A stretch of DNA of 35,037 nt from a virus: positions 1 through 35,037 of IMG/VR virus record IMGVR_UViG_3300022832_000002; one strand, written 5' to 3'. Shown here in pieces: positions 6,567 through 13,354 of the stretch. The notes under the pieces were generated by a model that ran no database searches, was not told where the DNA came from, and saw nothing but the letters and a program-made list of their open reading frames with translations. Every line of letters starts with the position of its first letter. The first letter of the stretch is position 1. The position numbers were made by a program, and so were the translations under genes.

Positions 6567-8865
6567 ACTTCCGCCGAAGCTGGTGCCTGTCCTGTCGCCA
6601 AACAGGGGCGCTGCACGGTATCGGGCGATCTACGGTGGCCGAGGGTCTGGCAAGTCGTTCAGTGCGTCTCTCATGGCCGCTGTGTGGGGCTACGCAGAGC
6701 CATTGCGGATCTTGTGCGTCCGAGAGTTTCAAGCAAGCATCAAGCAATCCATGCACGCCGAGATCAAGGCGGCGATCGAGGCGCACCCGTGGCTGGAAGC
6801 ACACTACGATGTCGGCGTGGATTACATCCGAGGCGCGAATGGGACGGAGTTTATCTTTCGGGGTCTGCGCCGCAACGAACAATCCATCAAGTCGCTGGCC
6901 AAGATTGATCTGACCATCGTTGAGGAAGCTGAGGACATTCCAGAAGGGTCATGGCTCGCTCTTGAGGCAACGGTGTTTCGCCAGCCTAAGTCCGAGATCT
7001 GGGCGCTGTGGAATCCAAAGACGGAACGCAGCCCGGTTGACAGGCGTTTCCGCCAAGACAATCCGCCGGGCCTGTTCTCAGCGGAGATCAACTGGCGCGA
7101 CAATCCTTACTTCCCCGATGGCCTAAAGGCGCTGCGTGAACAGCAGGAAAAGACGCTCGACAAGGCGGTCTACGATCACGTCTGGGAAGGCGCATATCTG
7201 CGGGCGTTGAAGGGGGCGTATTATGCCGATCTGCTGGATGTGGCGCGCAAGGAAAACCGGATCGGGTTCTACAACAAGCACGGCATGAACAAGGTCTATG
7301 CGGTCTGGGACATTGGCTCAACATCATCGTCAGCGGATGCCACGGCAATGTGGATCGTGCAGTATGTCGGTGAGGAGATCCGCTGGCTGGATTACTACGA
7401 GGCTGTCGGCCAGCCATTCGAGGCGCACGTCAATTGGCTGCGTGAGAACAACTATGCTGATGCGACATGCGTTCTGCCGCACGATGGGGTCAAACACGAC
7501 AACGTCTACAGCGTGACGCCGGAGAAGTTTCTGCGAGAGGCTGGCTTCGCAACGTATGTGGTGCCAAACCAAGGCAAGGGCGCTGCTGTCCAGCGGATCT
7601 ATGCATTGCGGTCCATGTTCCCGCAGTGTCGGTTCAATGAGGACGCAACGGTTGCCGGGCGTGAGGCGCTGTCATGGTATCACGAGAAATGGGACGACAA
7701 GCGCGAGATTGGCTTGGGGCCAGATCACGACTGGGCTAGTCACGCGTGTTTAACCGGTGACGCCATTGTTTCTACCAGCCGTGGGGCGGTGCAGATCAAG
7801 GATGTGATGGCTGGTGACTTCGTTCTAACGCCTGCCGGATATGCATTGGTTGAATGGTCTGGCATGGTAAAGACAGCTTGCGAAACAGTGCAGATAACGC
7901 TTGATGACGGGCGCAAATTAGAAATGACGCCAGAGCATAAAGTATTCACGATTGAAGGCGTTGTTGTTGCAGATGCAATCGGGTATGGTGACATGATAAT
8001 CACAAATGAGGATGTGTCATGTCTGAAGTTGGAGAACGCAAACGCTGCGGGGTATCGGACCGCTTTTTCAGAGAGTATGGCGGCACCAAGTTTTGGTTCT
8101 GGCCTAAGCGCGGCTTTTACGTTTCTCAGCGGGGCGGCAAGCAAGTTATGCTGCACCGTGTCTGGTTGGGCGCTTCAAAATCAGATGAAGCTGTTCCCAT
8201 TGATGGCAATTGGGACAACTTCGACCGTGACAACTGGAATGTGCGAGGCAGGAACGTCGGCAGGAATGTTGCATCAAAGCATCCGTTCCAAACGCTCAAC
8301 GGCGTTAAGTATTACGTCAGCCCAGAAACTGGATACTACTCTAGACGTTACCCTAGGTCAGAATTTATGCACCGAGCAGTATGGATTGATGCGCATGGTG
8401 AAATACCTGACGGCTATCACATACACCACAAAAACCACGACAAGTCCGACAACAGGCCGGCAAACCTTCAATGCATGTCGGCATCGGATCATTCCATGTT
8501 GCACGCTGAAACAAACCCGTGGGTCGGAAGCGACGAAAACAAGCGGCAACTTCGCGCCGCTGGCAAGCTGGCCCGTGGCGGGCGCAAAATGCGCGTTGGC
8601 TGCTGTGAGGTCTGTAATGCGGAATTTGAGACCATCGCGCTCAATCGTAGGTTCTGCGGCAAGAGTTGTCGCTATAAGTCGGAATGGCAGCGAGAAGCCA
8701 GTTTACGATCTGACTGTTAACCATCACCACTGTTATTTCGCCAACGGGGTTCTGGTTAGCAACAGCGATGCTGCTGGCCTTGTGGCTGTCTTCGCCCCGA
8801 CAGCCCGTGGTGAGAGCGCGACCAAGAACGAACCGATCAGACGGAACCTGCGCGGTCTAGCGTGA
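6547..8865 (+). CDS. terL: Terminase large subunit precursor containing an intein (433-aa extein plus 339-aa intein)
   Basis: Walker A YGGRGSGKS, Walker B LTIVEEAED, and nuclease-domain motif HDWASHA|...|SDAAGL split by the intein. It is one uninterrupted 772-codon ORF. Confidence 0.9.
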   Translation: MTNATIKLPPKLVPVLSPNRGAARYRAIYGGRGSGKSFSASLMAAVWGYAEPLRILCVREFQASIKQSMHAEIKAAIEAHPWLEAHYDVGVDYIRGANGTEFIFRGLRRNEQSIKSLAKIDLTIVEEAEDIPEGSWLALEATVFRQPKSEIWALWNPKTERSPVDRRFRQDNPPGLFSAEINWRDNPYFPDGLKALREQQEKTLDKAVYDHVWEGAYLRALKGAYYADLLDVARKENRIGFYNKHGMNKVYAVWDIGSTSSSADATAMWIVQYVGEEIRWLDYYEAVGQPFEAHVNWLRENNYADATCVLPHDGVKHDNVYSVTPEKFLREAGFATYVVPNQGKGAAVQRIYALRSMFPQCRFNEDATVAGREALSWYHEKWDDKREIGLGPDHDWASHACLTGDAIVSTSRGAVQIKDVMAGDFVLTPAGYALVEWSGMVKTACETVQITLDDGRKLEMTPEHKVFTIEGVVVADAIGYGDMIITNEDVSCLKLENANAAGYRTAFSESMAAPSFGSGLSAAFTFLSGAASKLCCTVSGWALQNQMKLFPLMAIGTTSTVTTGMCEAGTSAGMLHQSIRSKRSTALSITSAQKLDTTLDVTLGQNLCTEQYGLMRMVKYLTAITYTTKTTTSPTTGRQTFNACRHRIIPCCTLKQTRGSEATKTSGNFAPLASWPVAGAKCALAAVRSVMRNLRPSRSIVGSAARVVAISRNGSEKPVYDLTVNHHHCYFANGVLVSNSDAAGLVAVFAPTARGESATKNEPIRRNLRGLA
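7747..8763 (+). mobile_element. Intein within terL (Hint splicing domain halves flanking an out-of-frame HNH gene)
   Basis: Block A is CLTGDAIV starting at 7747. Block B is TPEH at 7927..7938. Blocks F/G are VYDLTVNHHHCYFANGVLVSN ending at 8763, followed by Ser at 8764. Confidence 0.85.
8019..8720 (+). CDS. HNH homing endonuclease, encoded in a different frame from the intein that surrounds it
   Basis: GAGGA (8008..8012) lies 6 nt before the ATG. The HNH motif HIHHKNHDKSDNRPANLQCMSASDHSMLH is at 8418..8504. The C-terminal tail CCEVCNAEF...RRFCGKSCRYK looks like a zinc ribbon. Confidence 0.85.
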   Translation: MSEVGERKRCGVSDRFFREYGGTKFWFWPKRGFYVSQRGGKQVMLHRVWLGASKSDEAVPIDGNWDNFDRDNWNVRGRNVGRNVASKHPFQTLNGVKYYVSPETGYYSRRYPRSEFMHRAVWIDAHGEIPDGYHIHHKNHDKSDNRPANLQCMSASDHSMLHAETNPWVGSDENKRQLRAAGKLARGGRKMRVGCCEVCNAEFETIALNRRFCGKSCRYKSEWQREASLRSDC

Positions 8866-8921
8866 CGGGCTGGGATATGGTATGCCAGCGGGCATAAAGC
8901 AATCGCGTCATGGAGCCTGAC

Positions 8922-9026
8922 ATGCGGAAACCTACCAAAGCGCCTATGTTCAAAACCTGCAAGGGTTGTCCGACACCCGGCAAATGCAAGGCCGCTGGCC
9001 GTTGTCTCGCAAAAGGAAAGAAGTGA
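8922..9026 (+). CDS. Tiny basic Cys-rich protein (34 aa)
   Basis: GGAG SD lies 6 nt upstream. The sequence is MRKPTKAPMFKTCKGCPTPGKCKAAGRCLAKGKK. Its stop overlaps the next ATG (TGATG). Too short for the ORF track. Confidence 0.45.
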   Translation: MRKPTKAPMFKTCKGCPTPGKCKAAGRCLAKGKK

Positions 9027-9175
9027 TGGCCAAGGGTCTTTATGCAAACATTGCCGCCAAGAAAGCCCGCATCAAGGCTGGATCTGGCGAGAAGATGCGC
9101 AAGGTTGGCACCAAGGGCGCACCAACGGCGGCTGCGTTCAAGGCATCTGCTAAGACAGCAAAGAAGCCTAAGTAA
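9026..9175 (+). CDS. Tiny lysine-rich protein (49 aa)
   Basis: The sequence is MAKGLYANIAAKKARIKAGSGEKMRKVGTKGAPTAAAFKASAKTAKKPK. It is coupled to both neighbours (TGATG and TAATG). Confidence 0.55.
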   Translation: MAKGLYANIAAKKARIKAGSGEKMRKVGTKGAPTAAAFKASAKTAKKPK

Positions 9176-9795
9176 TGGCGATCAGCACATATTCAGAATT
9201 GCAGACATCAATCGGAAACTGGCTTAACCGCGACGACCTTGCAGCTGTAATCCCTGATTTCATTGCGCTGGCCGAAGCTGGCATTGATCGGGATCTTCGC
9301 CATTACAACATGGTTGAACGATCCGATGCCACGCTTGACAGCCGGTATGTTCAGATGCCGCCAGACTGGATGGAGACAATTCGGTTCGCCATCACGTCAA
9401 ACGACGCTGTGCGGCTGGAACTGGTGTCCCGCGACGACATGCTTGAGTATCGCCAAAACACAATGGACACGCCGGGCAAGCCTCGGTTCTATTCAAACAT
9501 CGGTGACAGCATTGAGGTGTTCCCAACGCCGGACGCAGAATATCCAATGCAGTTGACATACTACAAGCGGACGCCTGCTCTGAGCGGCACGAACGCAGCC
9601 AACTGGCTGTTGCGAACCGCGCCTGACGTTTATCTATACGGATCGCTGATGCAATCGGCCCCGTATCTCATCGACGATGCCCGCTTGCAGACGTGGGCTG
9701 CGTTGTATTCTCAAGGGCTTAATTCATTGCAGCTTGCTTCTGACAACACGCGGTTTGCAGGCTCTGGCCTTAGGATGCGCGTCACTAGCTATTAA
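9175..9795 (+). CDS. Virion structural protein, a possible head-tail adaptor
   Basis: 206 aa. N-terminal YSELQTSIGNWLNRDDL...IPDFIALAE resembles adaptor-type phage proteins I recall. It is the first sizeable gene after the terminase. Confidence 0.5.
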   Translation: MAISTYSELQTSIGNWLNRDDLAAVIPDFIALAEAGIDRDLRHYNMVERSDATLDSRYVQMPPDWMETIRFAITSNDAVRLELVSRDDMLEYRQNTMDTPGKPRFYSNIGDSIEVFPTPDAEYPMQLTYYKRTPALSGTNAANWLLRTAPDVYLYGSLMQSAPYLIDDARLQTWAALYSQGLNSLQLASDNTRFAGSGLRMRVTSY

Positions 9796-9845
9796 ACCCA
9801 GCATGGTGTATAATTGCGCCAGATATATCTGATGGAGAGACAACC

Positions 9846-10232
9846 ATGTCTTTGACAAACGCATTTGAGACAAGCACGCTGCAATACCTGCTGACGACTG
9901 GGAGCGTAACGCGCCCGACAGTTTGGTATATCGGTTTGTTCACGTCTGACCCTACCGACACCGGCACGGCTGGCACTGAGGTGTCTGGCTTTGATTACGC
10001 CCGCACGGCAGTGACATTCACCGTCACCGGCGACACGGCGTCAAACTCTGCCGCTGTTGAGTTTCCCGCTGCAAACGGCGGCAATTGGGGTACAGTCAGC
10101 CACATTGGCATCATGGATGCGTCAACCAGCGGCAACATGATCGTGCATTCGGCGCTGTCCGTTGCGAAAGCCATCAATGACGGCGACGTTTTTCGCATCC
10201 CAACCGGCGACCTTGACATCACGGCAAGCTGA
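9846..10232 (+). CDS. Conserved virion-associated protein (128 aa), function unknown
   Basis: GGAGAG SD upstream. The pattern WYIGLFTSDPTDTGTAGTEVSG..YAR...F resembles a recurrent tail-module family. Confidence 0.6.
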   Translation: MSLTNAFETSTLQYLLTTGSVTRPTVWYIGLFTSDPTDTGTAGTEVSGFDYARTAVTFTVTGDTASNSAAVEFPAANGGNWGTVSHIGIMDASTSGNMIVHSALSVAKAINDGDVFRIPTGDLDITAS

Positions 10233-10864
10233 TGGCGCTGCGCTCAACATATGACACGGGTGTTCACGGGTCTGGTGCTTATGGCGTGCCAGAGACGACA
10301 CAGGCTGTTGCTGCGGTCGGTGTTTCATTTTCCGTGTCTGCGAGTGCAGTAACTATCGTTGAGGCGTCCTGTGCGGCGTCTGTGGGGCTTGTGGCATCCA
10401 ATCCAACGCCCGTTCGCGTGGTGCAGGGATCGGCGGTTGCCAGCCTTGGCGGCATCATGTCTGTCTCTGCCGTCAAGTACGACGTGGATGTGGGTTTCCG
10501 TCCCGGATACGGCCTTTCAACATACGGCACGTTTGTCTATGGCGAAAACTACAGCACAGAAGATGCGAGCGCGTCTGCCAGCATTGGCGTCGGGGCGTCT
10601 TGCTCTGCGGTTGCTGTTCGCCAAAGTGAAGTTGCTGCGAGCGTGGTCTTTGCGTCAACATCGCAGGGCTTTATGTCAATCGTGGGCGCTGTCGTTGATG
10701 CAGTTTCAATTTCGCCGCAAATATCGTATAACCGGGTTAGGTTGATGTCGGCCTCAGATGACATAGGCATAGCCGCGCCAGTATCTGCGCGGTATAAGTG
10801 GATCAACGCGTCCGACCCGGTCACAAGCTGGACTGATGCAGATTATTTGGAAAGGGCCGCATAA
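10232..10864 (+). CDS. Ala/Ser/Val-rich virion protein (210 aa), function unknown
   Basis: TGATG coupling at both ends. Low-complexity, beta-rich composition. Confidence 0.55.
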   Translation: MALRSTYDTGVHGSGAYGVPETTQAVAAVGVSFSVSASAVTIVEASCAASVGLVASNPTPVRVVQGSAVASLGGIMSVSAVKYDVDVGFRPGYGLSTYGTFVYGENYSTEDASASASIGVGASCSAVAVRQSEVAASVVFASTSQGFMSIVGAVVDAVSISPQISYNRVRLMSASDDIGIAAPVSARYKWINASDPVTSWTDADYLERAA

Positions 10865-11538
10865 TGGCTGACGGAACCACAACCAATTACACGTTCGTAA
10901 AGCCAGAGGTCGGCGCTTCCGAAGACACTTGGGGAACAAAGCTGAACGCAAACTGGGATGCGATCGATACGCTTCTCGGCGGTGTGACTAACGTAGAGTT
11001 TGCCATCCTTGACGGGGCGACGATCACAACGGCTGAGTTAAACATCCTTGATGGGCTTACTGCAACAACCGCCGAGCTAAACATCCTTGACGGCGTCACT
11101 GCGACAACTGCGGAATTCAACTACCTCGACATCACAACGCTTGGCACGTCCGAGGCCAGCAAGGTTGTCACGGCTGATGCAAACGGCGTCGTGATCTTCG
11201 ACGCCGGTGTGGTCGAAGACGAAACTGCAATCACCTCAACCAGCAACGCAGCGACGATCAACTGCCGCGATGGCAACGTGTTCACGCATGTGCTGACTGA
11301 GAACGTGACCTACACATTCAGCAACCCGCCTGCCTCTGGGCGCGCCTTTGGCTTCACGCTCAAGGTTGTCCAAGACAGCACAGCCCGCACGATCACATGG
11401 CCTGCATCTGTTGACTGGGCTGGTGGTGAGGCCCCTACGATCTCTGCTGGTTCGGGAGAAGTGGATGTGTTCGTGTTCTACACCCATGATGGCGGCACGA
11501 CTTGGTATGGCTTCACGGCTGGGGCGGCGCTGGCATGA
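10864..11538 (+). CDS. Tail fibre protein
   Basis: N-terminal [29 protein letters not shown] is a common fibre N-terminus. It carries three TAELNILDG-type repeats. Confidence 0.7.
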   Translation: MADGTTTNYTFVKPEVGASEDTWGTKLNANWDAIDTLLGGVTNVEFAILDGATITTAELNILDGLTATTAELNILDGVTATTAEFNYLDITTLGTSEASKVVTADANGVVIFDAGVVEDETAITSTSNAATINCRDGNVFTHVLTENVTYTFSNPPASGRAFGFTLKVVQDSTARTITWPASVDWAGGEAPTISAGSGEVDVFVFYTHDGGTTWYGFTAGAALA

Positions 11539-12863
11539 GCGGTATTAGCACAAAGCTGTTACAGGCTGCTGCTGGCGGCGGGGTTGTTGTTAGTTGGATC
11601 GCACTTCTAGGCGGAACAGAAAATGACTTCGGCAATGCCGTAGCCATAGACTCGGCTGACAACATCATTGTGACGGGCCGGACCACCTCAGACGGCGCTG
11701 GCGGCACTGACTTCCTCATCGCTAAGCACAACTCTGCAGGAGCTCTGCAATGGGACCGGACTCTAGGCGGAACAGGAAGTGACGACGGCAATGCCGTAGC
11801 CATAGACTCGGCTGACAACATCATTGTGACGGGCCGGACCAACTCAGACGGCGCTGGCGGCTATGACGTTCTCATCGCTAAGTACAACTCTGCAGGAGCT
11901 CTGCAATGGGACCGGACTCTAGGCGGAACAGGAACTGACTTCGGCGCTGCCGTAGCCATAGACTCGGATGACAACATCATTGTGGTGGGTTATACCAACT
12001 CAGACGGCGCTGGCGGCATTGACCTCCTCATCGCTAAGTACAACTCTGCAGGAGCTCTGCAATGGGACCGGACTCTAGGCGGAACAGGAGGTGACGTCGG
12101 CAATGCCGTAGCCATAGACTCGGCTGACAACATCATTGTGGTGGGTTATACCGCCTCATCCGGCCCCTTGAGCGGCATTGACTTCCTCATCGCTAAGTAC
12201 AACTCTGCAGGATCTCTGCAATGGGACCGGAGGCTAGGCGGAGCAGGAACTGACATCGGCACTGCCGTAGCCATAGACTCGGATGACAACATCATTGTGG
12301 TGGGTTATACCAACTCAGACGGCGCTGGCGGCAATGACGTTCTCATCGCTAAGTACAACTCTGCAGGAGCTCTGCAATGGGACCGGACTCTAGGCGGAAC
12401 AGGAACTGACTTCGGCAATGCCGTAGCCATAGACTCGGCTGACAACATTATTGTGGTGGGTTATACCAACTCAGACGGCGCTGGCGGCTATGACTTCCTC
12501 ATCGCTAAGTACAACTCTGCAGGAGCTCTGCAATGGGACCGGACTCTAGGCGGAACAGGAAGTGACATCGGCGCTGCCGTAGCCATAGACTCGGCTAACA
12601 ACATCATTGTGGTGGGTTATACCACCTCAGACGGCGCTGGCATCAATGACCTCCTCATCGCTAAACTGCCGCCCAATGGTTCTAGGACAGGGACATACGG
12701 CTCTTTTACTTATGAAGCTGCCGTACTTACTGATGCACCCGCCGTTTTAACAGACGCACTGGCCGTACTCACCGATGCGCCCGCCGTTTTAACAGACGTT
12801 GTTGCCGTACTGACAGACGCACCTGCCGTCCTCACGGAAGAACTTATAGATATCACGTTATAA
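11535..12863 (+). CDS. SBBP-type beta-propeller repeat protein (7 blades) with a C-terminal heptapeptide repeat, a likely receptor-binding tail protein
   Basis: ATGA overlap with the fibre gene. It has seven 52-53-aa units of [52 protein letters not shown], followed by AVLTDAP x6. Confidence 0.8.
   Translation: MSGISTKLLQAAAGGGVVVSWIALLGGTENDFGNAVAIDSADNIIVTGRTTSDGAGGTDFLIAKHNSAGALQWDRTLGGTGSDDGNAVAIDSADNIIVTGRTNSDGAGGYDVLIAKYNSAGALQWDRTLGGTGTDFGAAVAIDSDDNIIVVGYTNSDGAGGIDLLIAKYNSAGALQWDRTLGGTGGDVGNAVAIDSADNIIVVGYTASSGPLSGIDFLIAKYNSAGSLQWDRRLGGAGTDIGTAVAIDSDDNIIVVGYTNSDGAGGNDVLIAKYNSAGALQWDRTLGGTGTDFGNAVAIDSADNIIVVGYTNSDGAGGYDFLIAKYNSAGALQWDRTLGGTGSDIGAAVAIDSANNIIVVGYTTSDGAGINDLLIAKLPPNGSRTGTYGSFTYEAAVLTDAPAVLTDALAVLTDAPAVLTDVVAVLTDAPAVLTEELIDITL
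11607..12670 (+). repeat. Tandem 156-bp (one 159-bp) coding repeat, 7 units, near-identical at DNA level
   Basis: The string gaccggactctaggcggaacagga recurs every 156 bp. gccgtagccatagactcgg is invariant in all units. Confidence 0.9.
12720..12845 (+). repeat. 21-bp coding repeat x6 (AVLTDAP heptapeptide)
   Basis: The units are gccgtacttactgatgcaccc, gccgttttaacagacgcactg, gccgtactcaccgatgcgccc, gccgttttaacagacgttgtt, gccgtactgacagacgcacct and gccgtcctcacggaagaactt. Confidence 0.9.
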
Positions 12864-12875
12864 GGAGATACAACT

Positions 12876-13343
12876 ATGACCTACACAAAAACACAAGACG
12901 GACAAGTCACAAAGTTTCCTTATACTATTGGAGACTTGCACAAGGACAATCCGCAGACATCTTTCCCTCGCCGCATACCTGATGAAATGCTTGCCTCTTA
13001 TGAGGTATTTGAGGTGGTCGTTGGTGCCGCCCCATCCATCGACGAAACGACCTACAGAGCCGTTCGAGCAGACACGCCCACCTATGCAGGTGACAAGTGG
13101 CATCTTGAGTGGTCGGTTGTCGAAAAGACACCAGAGGAAAAACAAAATTATTACAATGCATCCTCTGCAAGAGTTAGAGCCAAACGCAACCAACTGCTGT
13201 CGGACAGTGACTGGACCCAGATTGCTGATGCTCCTGTTAACGCTACAGCATGGGCTACCTATCGTCAGGCTTTGCGCGACATCACGGATCATGCTAACTT
13301 CCCGTATCTGGGTGATGACGATTGGCCCGTTGAACCCGCATAA
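12876..13343 (+). CDS. Tail fibre assembly chaperone-like protein
   Basis: AAGGAG SD upstream. C-terminal RVRAKRNQLLSDSDWTQIADAP...WATYRQALRDIT matches the tail assembly chaperone motif I know (R..LL..SDW....D.P....W..YRQ.LRDI). Confidence 0.7.
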   Translation: MTYTKTQDGQVTKFPYTIGDLHKDNPQTSFPRRIPDEMLASYEVFEVVVGAAPSIDETTYRAVRADTPTYAGDKWHLEWSVVEKTPEEKQNYYNASSARVRAKRNQLLSDSDWTQIADAPVNATAWATYRQALRDITDHANFPYLGDDDWPVEPA

Positions 13344-13354
13344 GGGAAACACAA

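Noticed and set aside
9805-9815. A perfect TATAAT (9809..9814) preceded by TG, in the 50-bp gap before gene 9846, as an internal late promoter
   Set aside because: No acceptable -35 element lies at 16-18 bp, and the TG is adjacent to the hexamer instead of in the extended -10 register. A single hexamer in a 35-kb genome is not enough evidence.
11607-12670. The 156-bp repeat array as a CRISPR array or as a diversity-generating retroelement target
   Set aside because: The repeats are contiguous with no spacers and are in-frame coding, so this is not CRISPR. No reverse transcriptase or template repeat exists anywhere in the genome. The variable positions are not adenine-specific, so this is not a DGR.
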